Shown: positions 21,420-31,843, counted from the first letter of the stretch. The stretch is 64,000 bases of DNA from Deferribacterales bacterium (GCA_050251875.1 JBFWMA010000001.1:96001-160000); one strand, 5' to 3'. Notes: generated by a model not told the origin, from the letters alone. Made by a program: numbers and translations.

Positions 21420-22298
21420 CTACGCTGTTTTTGGTTTTTTATTAATAAGATATACTGCGGTGAACACGAACAGACCGCCTAATATGGTGGTATAGTGGAT
21501 TGGCTCTTTCAGGAAGAACCAGCTCATCAGAAGGGCGTTCACCGGAACCAGATATACGAACGAGCTTGTTTTCTGCGAGCCTATTCTGGCCGCCGCTATG
21601 AAGAAAATCGTTGAGCCGAATGTGGTCGCTCCCGCCGCCAGCAAAGATATATTGAACCAGAAAGCGAACGTCTGAGGCACTGCCATGGAATATCCCTTAA
21701 ACTGAATCAGCAGAAAATCGAGCACGGATGTGAACAGATACAGATAGAAGCTGTATGTGAATACGTTTGTATACTTTTTTACATAGGCGCTGAAATATGT
21801 GAGCACAGCCCAGAGTAAAGCCGCCGCCAGAAAGTATATATTGCCGCTGGAGAAGAGTTTTTCTATGCTGGTGTCCCAAATGTTAATGATAATCATTGCG
21901 CCGCACATGCCCAGTATCAGCCCCAGAGAATCCTTAAGACTGGGCGCTCTCAGACTGATGACGCTCACCAGAACAAATGTCAGAACGGGAATCAGTGTGG
22001 TGACGAGTATTCCGCCCACTCCCGCCAGACCGTATATCAGCCCGGTGAAGAACATTTCGTTATATCCTATCAGTATGATGGAACAGATGAATGTAAATAT
22101 GAGCCCCTGACGGTTGATCTTAAAAGTCTGTTTAAGGTATATCATGACAGGGAGATAGGTGATCCATGTGAGAGCGAAGCGGTAGAAAAGCAGAACCTCA
22201 GGATGAGCCATCTTGGCAACGATTTTTGCGGATATCCACGATTCGCCCCAGCTGACCATTGCCAGAACCATGAGTAAATAAAATACAGCTTCCGACAT
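21420..22298 (-). CDS. DMT/EamA family transporter
   Basis: About 10 TM helices in two EamA repeats; SWG and YRF early motifs; FFLKEPI. Confidence 0.88.
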   Translation of the reverse strand: MSEAVFYLLMVLAMVSWGESWISAKIVAKMAHPEVLLFYRFALTWITYLPVMIYLKQTFKINRQGLIFTFICSIILIGYNEMFFTGLIYGLAGVGGILVTTLIPVLTFVLVSVISLRAPSLKDSLGLILGMCGAMIIINIWDTSIEKLFSSGNIYFLAAALLWAVLTYFSAYVKKYTNVFTYSFYLYLFTSVLDFLLIQFKGYSMAVPQTFAFWFNISLLAAGATTFGSTIFFIAAARIGSQKTSSFVYLVPVNALLMSWFFLKEPIHYTTILGGLFVFTAVYLINKKPKTA

Positions 22299-22341
22299 TA
22301 CGTCCTCTCAGAAAGAAGATGCGGCAAACATGCCTTTAAAC

Positions 22342-22364
22342 AAAAAGCCCACCAATGGTGGGCT
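22342..22364 (-). terminator. Rho-independent terminator of the tRNA
   Basis: AGCCCACC/GGTGGGCT stem followed by a T run on the minus strand. Confidence 0.75.
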
Positions 22365-22373
22365 GATTATTTT

Positions 22374-22450
<77 letters not shown>

Positions 22451-22463
22451 TCAAGGGAAATAG

Positions 22464-22492
22464 ACACTATCAAATTAATCGAGGCATGTCAA
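22464..22492 (-). promoter_or_regulatory. Sigma70 promoter of tRNA-fMet
   Basis: TTGACA-17 nt-TAGTGT just upstream of the tRNA. Confidence 0.7.
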
Positions 22493-22652
22493 CCCGCAAT
22501 TTTATTTTTTTATAAATTAATTCTGACATGCTAAAGAGCGGGATTTTTTATGTATTTTTATTATTTATGAGAAAATGTGCGGTTTATGCTTGAATTTCTT
22601 GTGAAAAAGGTGATTAATATTGTCAGCAAACAAACTTTTACCGAGGTCATGA

Positions 22653-24155
22653 GTGATGAAAATTTCCTGTAGAAAAAAAACTGCCCTCAATTCAAAGAAA
22701 GATGCCGTTCTGATTCCCGTTTACCGCAACATGCGCGCTCTTAAAGCCCTCACAGGCAAAAAGATAGAAGATGAGATCAACGACATGATAGCTTCCGACT
22801 ACTTTTCATATGACGAGAAAGAGTTCTCCTCTTTCTTTATGGAGATAGGCGGAAAGCTGAAAAAAATATATCTGGTGAGCGTGTCAAAAGACCCTCAGGA
22901 TTCCAGATATTATATGGAGCTTGGCGCTACATTCGCTAAACTGCTGAAAAAAGAGAGAATATCCAGCTTTTCCATGATCGCTTTCGAAGACATATACATG
23001 GACAAGAAAGACCCGCAGTACACAGCGGCGTTTCTGGACGGATTCTTCTTCGGTCAGTACAGCTTCGATGTTTATAAGTCTAAACAGGAGAAGAGCTATC
23101 AGTTCGATGAGGTGGAGATAATCACATCCTACACCAAGCTGAAAAGATACATAGACGACAACGCAGCCGAGTGGAACATTCAGTTCGACAACATTTACAT
23201 GGCGAGAGATCTGGTGAACACTCCCCCCGCCGACCTGACCCCCGAAATTTTTGCCGGCAAGGTAAAAGAGGCGGAGAGCGATACTCTGAAAGTGACCGTG
23301 GTGGACGACATGGCTGAACTCAGCGAAAAATTTCCCATGGTATACGGCGTGGGAAAAGGAAGCCCGAACCTGCCCAGAATGGTTATCATGGAATACAACG
23401 GCAACCCCGAAAGCCCCAAGCACATCGCTCTGGTGGGCAAGGGTGTTACCTATGACTCAGGCGGAACAAACCTGAAACCCACAGGCTCCATCGAAGACAT
23501 GAAAACAGATATGGCGGGAGCCGCCGCAATGTTCGCCGTGACTAAAACAGCCAGCGAAACCGGACTGAAAGTGAACATAAAGACATACATACCCATGGTG
23601 GAGAACATCATCGGTACAAACGCATATAAACCCGGCGATATCCTCACCAGCGCCATGGGAAAAACTGTGGAGATTCTGAACACAGACGCGGAAGGCAGGC
23701 TTATCCTCGCCGATGCTCTCTACACAGCCACACAGTCCGACCCTGAGGTGATTATAGACGCCGCCACACTGACAGGCGCCTGTATCATCGCTCTGGGCAA
23801 ACACTGCGCCGGACTCTTCAGCAATAGAAAATTTCTCGCTAAAAACATCACGGATATATCATACGATATAGCTGAGGATATATGGGAATTGCCGCTTCTG
23901 CCCTCATATCAGAAAAGGGTTAAGAGCGACAACGCCGATCTGCGCAACATCGCCAGACAAAAAGGCGAGGCGGGCTCAGTCATCGCAGGACTCTTTCTTC
24001 AGGAGTTCGTGGACAACTGGCCCTGGATACACCTCGACATAGCCGGTCCGGCATATATCGAAGAGGAACACCCGATATTCGGAAAATACGCCACCGGATT
24101 CGGAATCCGTCTGCTGAGCAGATTTATAAAAGTACATTACGCTGAGGCAAACTGA
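22653..24155 (+). CDS. pepA: Leucyl aminopeptidase (M17)
   Basis: VGKGVTYDSGG, MKTDMAG, NTDAEGRL and HLDIAG motifs. Confidence 0.95.
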   Translation: MMKISCRKKTALNSKKDAVLIPVYRNMRALKALTGKKIEDEINDMIASDYFSYDEKEFSSFFMEIGGKLKKIYLVSVSKDPQDSRYYMELGATFAKLLKKERISSFSMIAFEDIYMDKKDPQYTAAFLDGFFFGQYSFDVYKSKQEKSYQFDEVEIITSYTKLKRYIDDNAAEWNIQFDNIYMARDLVNTPPADLTPEIFAGKVKEAESDTLKVTVVDDMAELSEKFPMVYGVGKGSPNLPRMVIMEYNGNPESPKHIALVGKGVTYDSGGTNLKPTGSIEDMKTDMAGAAAMFAVTKTASETGLKVNIKTYIPMVENIIGTNAYKPGDILTSAMGKTVEILNTDAEGRLILADALYTATQSDPEVIIDAATLTGACIIALGKHCAGLFSNRKFLAKNITDISYDIAEDIWELPLLPSYQKRVKSDNADLRNIARQKGEAGSVIAGLFLQEFVDNWPWIHLDIAGPAYIEEEHPIFGKYATGFGIRLLSRFIKVHYAEAN

Positions 24156-24156
24156 T

Positions 24157-24185
24157 AAACGGGGGACTTTTGTCCCCCGTTTTTA
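24157..24185 (+). terminator. Rho-independent terminator after pepA
   Basis: AAACGGGGGAC-TTTT-GTCCCCCGTTT followed by a T tract. Confidence 0.8.
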
Positions 24186-24186
24186 T

Positions 24187-25893
24187 ATGAAATACAAAAG
24201 ACTGATTTTTTTCATATCCCTTCTGATGCTGGTCTATGCCCTGTCCGGAGCTGTCAGATACCGTCAGCATATCATCATTATGAACAGTCCGGCGCACCAT
24301 GCGGGCAATGACATAATAATGGTGAGCAATGACAGCTACCGCTGGCTGAGGTATTCGGGAAAATATACGGCAGGCACAGACGGGCTGTCGGGTTTTCCGC
24401 AGCAGGCTTCGGTGCCATGGTTCAGACCTCTTCTGCCGGAGATGATAGATTTTGTGTCTTCTGCGTCCGGGCTCAGTCCGGAGGTATCTTCCAGTCTGCT
24501 GACAGTATTTTTATCCGGGCTTTTCATATTTCCGCTTGGACTGTTCTTTTATCTGATCGGTTATCCGGCTTCCGGCATTGGCGCAGCCGTCACGGGGTCG
24601 CTCAGCTTCATCTATCTTTCCCGCACCACCGCTTTTCAGGCGGATACAGATTCGCTCAATCTGTTCTTCATGTTTCTGACACCTCTTTTCATCCGGCTGA
24701 CTGACAAAAAGCTGTATCTTTTCTCAGCCCTTGCCGGGGTGTCGTGTCTGCTTCATTATTACTGGTATTTTCACGGCGTTTTTACTTTTATGTGGCTGGC
24801 GGTTCTTTCGGGATATCTGATATACGCAAAGAGAGGCGTGAGACAGACGGTATGGGCTCTGCTCCTGTTTCTGTTTTTCAGCGGGATTTTTCCGGCGTTC
24901 GAGGTTCTGGGCAATCTGAGGAGTTTCATATCTCCGGAGACAGTCAGAAGCTGGCATCAGAATGTGGACGAGCTGAGGGTTCATGGTTTCGGCGATACTC
25001 TGGGGCTTCTTGGGGCGTATAAATATCCGGTTCTGACCGGGCTCATGTTGTGTGTTTTTCTGTTCCGGCGTATTTTTCTGATACTGCCTGTTATGGCGCT
25101 GGGACTGCTGGTCTTTCTCAGAGGGGAGAGATTCGGGATGTATCTGGCTCCGTTTGCCGGAGCGGGCATCGGGTTTCTCTGTCAGTACGCAGTCAGGAGG
25201 GCTGGCAGGTTCGCCTATCTGCTCTCCTTATCTCTGGCGTTTTTTCTGTGTGTGTTTCTTGTACGTCCCCATCTGGACTTTGTGCCTGCGCCTTATGTCT
25301 CCTCCGGTGTCTATTCCGCTGTGAAAGAGGCTCCCGTGGCGAAGGGCAGTCTTGCTCTGTGCGGATGGAACCACGGTTTTCTGGTGGAATACCTGAAAGG
25401 AGTCCGGTGTTCGTCTGACGGAGCGACTCAGTTTAAGGAGGGGAGCAGGCTGACACAGCAAGCTATAGCTTCCGTCAATAATGTAAAAGAACCACTTCTC
25501 GGGCTCAGCGCCGGGAACGATATGTTTATATTTATATTTTCAGAAGATTATGCGGTGTCCGGCGGAGACGGATTATATTATTTCGCTCCGTGCGGAGAGG
25601 ACGGCGACTGCTCGGGAATACGGCTCGGAAATCAAGTTGCTGTAGGTAAAATACTTTTTCTCGGGCGCACAGGGCAGGGAGATAATGAAAAGCGGGAGCC
25701 TGTGTTCGGTGTGCTGGCTGAAGACAGGAGCGGTCTGGCTGTTTTTGATAATAAAACAACGCAAAGTCTTTTTGGAAAAACGTTCATTATAGGTTCGCCC
25801 GATATATCCTGCGTGAAAAAAGTTTACCGCAAATTTCCATATACAGCAGTTTATAAGGCGTCTTACGATTGTCTCTCCAGTCACGGCGAATAG
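24187..25893 (+). CDS. STT3/PglB-like oligosaccharyltransferase homolog with a variant WWDYG motif
   Basis: SNDSY, RT....ADTD, NVDE, GERF and GWNHG...SDGA occur in the same order as the PglB catalytic motifs; multi-TM N-terminus and soluble C-terminus. Confidence 0.75.
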   Translation: MKYKRLIFFISLLMLVYALSGAVRYRQHIIIMNSPAHHAGNDIIMVSNDSYRWLRYSGKYTAGTDGLSGFPQQASVPWFRPLLPEMIDFVSSASGLSPEVSSSLLTVFLSGLFIFPLGLFFYLIGYPASGIGAAVTGSLSFIYLSRTTAFQADTDSLNLFFMFLTPLFIRLTDKKLYLFSALAGVSCLLHYYWYFHGVFTFMWLAVLSGYLIYAKRGVRQTVWALLLFLFFSGIFPAFEVLGNLRSFISPETVRSWHQNVDELRVHGFGDTLGLLGAYKYPVLTGLMLCVFLFRRIFLILPVMALGLLVFLRGERFGMYLAPFAGAGIGFLCQYAVRRAGRFAYLLSLSLAFFLCVFLVRPHLDFVPAPYVSSGVYSAVKEAPVAKGSLALCGWNHGFLVEYLKGVRCSSDGATQFKEGSRLTQQAIASVNNVKEPLLGLSAGNDMFIFIFSEDYAVSGGDGLYYFAPCGEDGDCSGIRLGNQVAVGKILFLGRTGQGDNEKREPVFGVLAEDRSGLAVFDNKTTQSLFGKTFIIGSPDISCVKKVYRKFPYTAVYKASYDCLSSHGE

Positions 25894-25978
25894 AATAGGC
25901 GTTCTGTGTTTTTTGACTATTGATTTTTTCTATATTTATGGTATTTTCAACTTATATTGAAAAGGCAGGAGAAAATCT

Positions 25979-26866
25979 ATGGACTTTAAGCAGATCGAGG
26001 CTTTCGTTTTCGTGGCAAAATACAAATCATTTTCCAGAGCGGCAGAGAAACTCCTTTTAAGTCAGCCTACCATTTCAACACACATCAGCACGCTGGAAGA
26101 GCAGCTCGGGGTGAAACTTTTCGATAGACTTTCCAAAGAGGTCGTGCTCACCGAAGCGGGACAGATATTCTTTCCCTATGCTGTGGATATTCTCGATCTC
26201 AGAGAGAGATCACACGAGGCTGTTAAAGAGTTTTTAAACGAAGTAAGCGGACACCTGCACATAGGCTACAGCACTGTTGCCGCTGAGTTTATTCTTCCTG
26301 AGGTTATCAAGAAGTTTAAAGAGGATTATCCCAAAACCTTCTTTACTATAGACAATGGCGGGACACAGACCATCATCCAGAGGCTGTCTGACGGCATACT
26401 CGATCTGGCTGTGGTCGCCAGAAAGATTCCTAAGAAAGATCTGGAATACAAAGTTCTTACAAAAGATAAAATTGTCCTGATAGTGCATAAAAACCACAAA
26501 TTCTACACCAGAGGCAGTGTTTTCATCGAAGAGATTCTGGGCGAGGATTTCATCACCAGAGAGATCGGTTCCGGTACCAGAGCCAGTGTTGAGCATGGGT
26601 TCAAGCAGAAGGGATACGACTTCGAAAGCCTGAAGACTGTCGCCGTTCTCAGCTCCACCTTCTCTATCAAGAATGCCGTGAAAAAAGAGCTGGGCATCGC
26701 CTTTATGTCTGAAATGGCTCTGACAGACGAATGTGACGGCAGTATAAAGGCTATCCCCGTGACAGACCTTGTGGTGGAAAAAGAGGTCTATGTGGTTTAC
26801 AGCAAAAACCGCACAAACAAGAAACTGCTCAAGCATTATATAGATACGCTGTTAAAATTTAAGTAA
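25979..26866 (+). CDS. LysR family transcriptional regulator (CysL-like, selenium-gene linked)
   Basis: SFSRAAEKL..SQPTIS HTH; REIGSGTR; coupled to mnmH by a TAATG overlap. Confidence 0.9.
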   Translation: MDFKQIEAFVFVAKYKSFSRAAEKLLLSQPTISTHISTLEEQLGVKLFDRLSKEVVLTEAGQIFFPYAVDILDLRERSHEAVKEFLNEVSGHLHIGYSTVAAEFILPEVIKKFKEDYPKTFFTIDNGGTQTIIQRLSDGILDLAVVARKIPKKDLEYKVLTKDKIVLIVHKNHKFYTRGSVFIEEILGEDFITREIGSGTRASVEHGFKQKGYDFESLKTVAVLSSTFSIKNAVKKELGIAFMSEMALTDECDGSIKAIPVTDLVVEKEVYVVYSKNRTNKKLLKHYIDTLLKFK

Positions 26867-27909
26867 TGCAGGAAGAGCTTACCCTATCATTTATCCTCGA
26901 AAAGGGGCTGGACACGGTCAATCTGATTGATGTCCGCTCGCCGTCTGAGTTTATCCACGACAATATTCCCATGTCCGTCAATATCCCTCTGCTGGATGAC
27001 GCCGAAAGAGCGCTGGTGGGCACATGCTATGTGCAGAAAGGACCGAAGGACGCCCGCATGCTGGGTGTGGACATAATCAGCCCTAAGCTCCCGCAGTTCG
27101 TCAGGCAGATCATGGAGGCATCGAAAGATCATAGGATGACTATCGCCTACTGCTGGCGGGGCGGTCTGCGCAGCGGAAGCACGGTGGGGCTGATGACGCT
27201 GACCGGTGTCAATATCTACCGTCTTCAGGGCGGTTACAAAGTTTTCAGAAACCATGTTAATGACTTCTTCTCCGGTTTTTCAGACGACTACAGCTTTATA
27301 AACCTGCACGGACCGACAGGCAGCGCCAAGACGCATGTTCTGCGCAGTCTGGAGGCGGAAGGGCTCCGGGTGCTCGATCTGGAAAAGGCTGCGAGCCATA
27401 AAGGATCTAACTTCGGAGATGTGGACGAGCCCGGATATGACACTGTGAATCAGAAGAATTTTGAGACAAAACTGTGGCACACGTTCTATAATAAAGGGGC
27501 GGGCGTTTATCTGGTGGAAGGCGAGAGCATGAAGATAGGCAGGGTGTCCATACCCCAGAAACTCTTCAGGCGAATGAACACCTGTATCAACGTGGTAGCG
27601 GACGTGCCTCTGGACGCCAGAATCCGCTTTACGGTGGACAATTATAAGCCTAATCTGTATATAGATGATATCAGGCGTTCACTGGACAGACTGAAAAAAT
27701 TCATAGGCAAATCCGGCGTGGACGAACTTTCGAAACTGCTGGATGTCAAAGATTACGAGACCTTTACAAAGATTCTGCTTGAGTCGTATTATGACCCCCT
27801 TTACAGGCGGTCTATACCCGAAAACCCTGACTATATGATCAGGTATGAAAATATTGAAGAGGGGAAAAAACAGCTTGAACAGATTTACATGGAAAATCAA
27901 ACTTCTTAG
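26866..27909 (+). CDS. mnmH: tRNA 2-selenouridine synthase
   Basis: Rhodanese DVRSPSEF...YCWRGGLRS, GPTGSAKT P-loop, HKGSNFG, EGES..IG and YYDP.Y motifs. Confidence 0.92.
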   Translation: MQEELTLSFILEKGLDTVNLIDVRSPSEFIHDNIPMSVNIPLLDDAERALVGTCYVQKGPKDARMLGVDIISPKLPQFVRQIMEASKDHRMTIAYCWRGGLRSGSTVGLMTLTGVNIYRLQGGYKVFRNHVNDFFSGFSDDYSFINLHGPTGSAKTHVLRSLEAEGLRVLDLEKAASHKGSNFGDVDEPGYDTVNQKNFETKLWHTFYNKGAGVYLVEGESMKIGRVSIPQKLFRRMNTCINVVADVPLDARIRFTVDNYKPNLYIDDIRRSLDRLKKFIGKSGVDELSKLLDVKDYETFTKILLESYYDPLYRRSIPENPDYMIRYENIEEGKKQLEQIYMENQTS

Positions 27910-28606
27910 CCTCACTCTTTTTATACTTACCGCTTTCACCGCTTTTGCCGGAGACGATCCGATAAGCCGTGACGATGACCCCAGAATACCCGTGGGAGCG
28001 CAGGTGCTGGGAGCGATATTCGACAAACCCTACACAGTCAGAGGAATCACATATCACCGGATGAAATTCGTGAAAGCGTTTCATCAGGAGGGGATCGCTT
28101 CGTGGTACGGAAAGGAAGACCACGGCAAAAAGACCTCCAGCGGCGAGCGTTATAACATGTTCGATAAAACAGCGGCTCACAAACAGCTCCCCATGGGCAG
28201 TCTCGTCCGAGTGGACTGCAAGGAGACCGGAAAGTCCGTTGTGGTGCGTATAAACGACAGAGGACCCCATGTGCCGGGCAGAGTGATAGATTTGTCATAC
28301 ACAGCGGCGTCTGAGCTGGAGCTGATAGGCAAGGGGCTCACTAAGGTGGAACTGACCCTTATTAATCCGCAGGAAGAGATCCCGGAAGAGGGGCTCTATA
28401 CCGTTCAGCTCGCTTCATATTCCGTGCGGGGCAACGCAGAGGAGATAGCCGCCAGCATCCCGAATTCGTTCATCGAGTCGGCTGATGTGAACGGTGTTGA
28501 GTATTTTCGTATAAAAGTGAAAGGCTTTACAACCAGAGAGGACGCCGAGAGGTTTCAGCAGAATAATTCTGAAGCATTTCCCGGTGCGCTGGTTATAAGC
28601 GAATAA
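27845..28606 (+). CDS. rlpA: RlpA-family lytic transglycosylase with C-terminal SPOR domain (start uncertain)
   Basis: GIASWYG, TAAHKQLP, RINDRGP and RVIDLS; C-terminal YTVQLASY. Confidence 0.9.
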   Translation: MKILKRGKNSLNRFTWKIKLLSLTLFILTAFTAFAGDDPISRDDDPRIPVGAQVLGAIFDKPYTVRGITYHRMKFVKAFHQEGIASWYGKEDHGKKTSSGERYNMFDKTAAHKQLPMGSLVRVDCKETGKSVVVRINDRGPHVPGRVIDLSYTAASELELIGKGLTKVELTLINPQEEIPEEGLYTVQLASYSVRGNAEEIAASIPNSFIESADVNGVEYFRIKVKGFTTREDAERFQQNNSEAFPGALVISE

Positions 28607-28615
28607 GGATAGATA

Positions 28616-29329
28616 ATGAGAGACAGCAGACAGAATGACGAAATGCGCAGGGTAGTTTTGACCCGTGATTATGTAAAGCATCCGGAAGGGTCGGTTCTGG
28701 TGGAGTTCGGAGAGACAAAGGTGCTGTGCAACGCCACTTTTTCTCAGGGCGTGCCTCCTTTTCTGAAAGATTCCGGCAGGGGCTGGGTCACTGCGGAATA
28801 CGCCATGCTCCCCCGTGCCACGCACACCAGAAACCAGAGAGAATCCAAAAGGGGCAAAGAGGACGGCAGAACTATGGAGATTTCCCGTCTGGTGGGGAGA
28901 AGCCTGAGAGCCGCCGTTGATTTCGAAAAACTGGGTGAAAACACCATAATAATAGACTGCGATGTTCTTCAGGCGGACGGAGGCACACGCACAGCCGCCA
29001 TCACAGGCGGTTTCTGCGCTCTGTGGATTGCCGGGGAAAAGATGGTGAAACAGGGTGTGCTGACCGAAAACCCCGTTCAGGGAAACGTATGCGCCGTGAG
29101 CGTGGGGATTGTGGACGGCGATCTCCTGCTGGATCTGGAATACACAGAGGACAGCGGAGCTGATGTCGATCTGAATCTGGTGGTTAAAGACGGAAAGGAT
29201 ATAATAGAGATACAGGGCTGTGCCGAGGGGATGGCATTCTCCAGAGACAGTCTGAACAACATGATAGACACAGCCTTTATCGGCATAAACACGCTGATAT
29301 CGGCGCAGAATAAATTATTGGGCAGATGA
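28616..29329 (+). CDS. rph: Ribonuclease PH
   Basis: [22 protein letters not shown] and [14 protein letters not shown] motifs. Confidence 0.96.
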   Translation: MRDSRQNDEMRRVVLTRDYVKHPEGSVLVEFGETKVLCNATFSQGVPPFLKDSGRGWVTAEYAMLPRATHTRNQRESKRGKEDGRTMEISRLVGRSLRAAVDFEKLGENTIIIDCDVLQADGGTRTAAITGGFCALWIAGEKMVKQGVLTENPVQGNVCAVSVGIVDGDLLLDLEYTEDSGADVDLNLVVKDGKDIIEIQGCAEGMAFSRDSLNNMIDTAFIGINTLISAQNKLLGR

Positions 29330-29916
29330 TGAGAATATATGTAGCGACCAAAAATAAACACAAACTCAAAGAGATAGCTCAGATTCTGGAAGGTTATGAG
29401 GTGGTTAGCGCCCATGACTACATAGACGGCGATCTGGATGTGGCGGAGACCGGAAACACTTTTCTGGAGAACGCTTCACTGAAGGCGAAAGCGCTCTCCA
29501 GACTGCTGAACGGATATGTGATAGCGGATGATTCCGGGATATCCGTGGATGTTCTGGAGGGAGCGCCCGGGATTTACAGCGCCCGGTACGCCGGACCGAC
29601 AGCCTCAGACGCCGATAACAATGAGAAACTGCTCGCCGTGATGGAGCATGTGCCGGACGGAGAGCGTGGCGCCAGCTATGTCTGCGTGATAGCGCTCGCC
29701 ATAGGCGGAGCCGTGGAAAAAACCTTCGGCGGAATGTGTCAGGGCGAGATAGCCAGAGGATACAGAGGCGAGGGCGGATTCGGATATGACGTTATCTTCC
29801 TTCTGCCGGACGGACGCCACATGGCGGAGCTGTCTGACGAAGAGAAGAACAGCATCAGCCACCGCAACATGGCTCTTCAGTCTCTGAAAGAATACCTCGC
29901 GGGTAAGACAGGCTGA
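29326..29916 (+). CDS. rdgB: Non-canonical purine NTP pyrophosphatase
   Basis: [18 protein letters not shown] and KNSISHR; follows rph. Confidence 0.95.
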   Translation: MMRIYVATKNKHKLKEIAQILEGYEVVSAHDYIDGDLDVAETGNTFLENASLKAKALSRLLNGYVIADDSGISVDVLEGAPGIYSARYAGPTASDADNNEKLLAVMEHVPDGERGASYVCVIALAIGGAVEKTFGGMCQGEIARGYRGEGGFGYDVIFLLPDGRHMAELSDEEKNSISHRNMALQSLKEYLAGKTG

Positions 29917-29920
29917 CGAT

Positions 29921-31843
29921 ATGAGATACCTTTACCTTGCCGTCTTTATCTTGTCGGTGACGCTGTTTTTCACACTGTCGTGCGCCGGACTGCATAAGAA
30001 TGACAAGGTCGATCTGGCTCTGTATCCGTCTGATACGGAGAGCATTTTCATAACTGATAAAAAAACCAGAGCCGTCAGGATAATGTCCAGAGACGGAGTT
30101 CTGATGTATAGAAAGATATTCGAGATGGCTGAGCCCATGCCGTCTTATGTTCCCGCCGATATGCTTCTGATGATGAACTATGCCGGAGAGCATATTCTCC
30201 AGTGCGACAGACCCTCTCAGGATGATTATGACATGCTGAACGAATACGGCATACCTCTGGAGGGACTGCGTGACTGTTTTGTCATCGCTCTGGCGCAGAA
30301 GGCGTCTTCCATCTATTCCGCCAATCCCAATAAAAAGCTGATAATGTATAAAACAGCCGCCGAGCTGATGAGAAAATACGGCGTGGACAGGCTTTATAAC
30401 GCTTATCTGGCGAACGCCTATATGCAGAATGACGTATGGGGCATGCAGTCGGCATCGCTCTATTATTTCGATAAACCCATAGACGCCATAGAGCCCAGTC
30501 AGACGCTGTGGCTGATGTCTCTGCTGACGCTGGGATATCTGCCGGAGACAGACAGAGACGGTTTTTACGGACGGATGGCGGATTTCTCCGGCTATGTAAC
30601 GTCCGTGGGCAGACAGAACTATGACAAACCGTATCTGAACATAGAATACAGGCAGCCCACGGAGCTGATCGCCTATCCGCAGTTCACCTCGCTGGTTCTT
30701 CAGGAGATGGAGGCGAGGGGCATAAAGCCCATAGGCGAACTGACGGTGGTCTCCGGAATCAGCATGGCGGCGGTGAAGGCGGCGGAAGAGGCAGTGGCGG
30801 AGAGACTGGCAAAATATCCCGAAGGCATCAACATAGCGCTCGCCGTGGTGAACTATGAGGATTCTACCATAGAGGCGCTGGCGGCAAGCAGTAAGACCCG
30901 CTACAGAACCATGCAGATGAAAAGGCAGATCGGTTCGACATTCAAGCCGATGGTCTATGTGACCGCATTTGCCAACGGGTTCAGACCGAATCAGCTTATT
31001 CTGGACAAGCAGTACGAATACAAAAACCATGGAAAGCCATACAGTCCCGCCAATTTCGAGGATTATTACATGGGCGTGATTCCTTTAAGAAAGGGGCTGG
31101 TCTTCTCTCTGAACAACGCCACCATAAGGCTGGGGCTTCTCGCCGGGCTGAAAAACGTGGCGGACACGGCGAAGGGGCTGGGCATGGAATACGACATCAA
31201 ACCCTATCTGGCTATGCCTCTGGGGATATTTCCCGTCACCCCGCTGAATCTGGCTAAGGTTTACGCCGCTCTGGGAAATTACGGGGTGAAGAGCGATGTC
31301 GGATTTATTATGGATGTGAGAGACGCCGGAGGCAGACCGGTGTATTTCGATAAAAAAATTCCTGAGAGGATAGTGCCGGAGACAGCCGCCTTTCAGGTGC
31401 TTCACATCATGCAGGATGTGCCGAGAATAGGCACAGCCAGAGGCAGCGGGCTGAAGCTCGGCACCGCCGCGAAAACAGGCACCACGGACGAATATAAGGA
31501 CGCCTGGACTGTGGCTGTTTTTCCTCCCTACGCTGTTGTGGCGTGGGTGGGTTATGACGACTCCAGAAGCATGGGGGAGAAAGGCACGGGAGGCGCTATG
31601 GCGGCTCCGGTTATAGCCGCTTTTCAGAGAAGAATATTGCCGGAAGGTCAAAAAATAGATTTTAAAGTTCCTCAAGGTATTGTATTAAAGTATATAGATT
31701 CATACCGTGGCGCCGTGGCGGGAAATCTCTGCCGCAGCCGGCGTATGATCGAGGAAGCATTCGCGGAGGACAACATGCCTGCGGACTGTGAGGTCATTCA
31801 GGCGGAGTCCGGGAAAAACTTGATTAAGACCGCTAAGAATTAA
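29921..31843 (+). CDS. Class A-like penicillin-binding protein with intact transpeptidase and degenerate transglycosylase region
   Basis: RQIGSTFKP (SxxK), SLN and KTGT present; GT51-like helix YLANAYMQNDVWGMQSASLYYFDK present but no EDxxFxxHxG. Confidence 0.8.
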   Translation: MRYLYLAVFILSVTLFFTLSCAGLHKNDKVDLALYPSDTESIFITDKKTRAVRIMSRDGVLMYRKIFEMAEPMPSYVPADMLLMMNYAGEHILQCDRPSQDDYDMLNEYGIPLEGLRDCFVIALAQKASSIYSANPNKKLIMYKTAAELMRKYGVDRLYNAYLANAYMQNDVWGMQSASLYYFDKPIDAIEPSQTLWLMSLLTLGYLPETDRDGFYGRMADFSGYVTSVGRQNYDKPYLNIEYRQPTELIAYPQFTSLVLQEMEARGIKPIGELTVVSGISMAAVKAAEEAVAERLAKYPEGINIALAVVNYEDSTIEALAASSKTRYRTMQMKRQIGSTFKPMVYVTAFANGFRPNQLILDKQYEYKNHGKPYSPANFEDYYMGVIPLRKGLVFSLNNATIRLGLLAGLKNVADTAKGLGMEYDIKPYLAMPLGIFPVTPLNLAKVYAALGNYGVKSDVGFIMDVRDAGGRPVYFDKKIPERIVPETAAFQVLHIMQDVPRIGTARGSGLKLGTAAKTGTTDEYKDAWTVAVFPPYAVVAWVGYDDSRSMGEKGTGGAMAAPVIAAFQRRILPEGQKIDFKVPQGIVLKYIDSYRGAVAGNLCRSRRMIEEAFAEDNMPADCEVIQAESGKNLIKTAKN

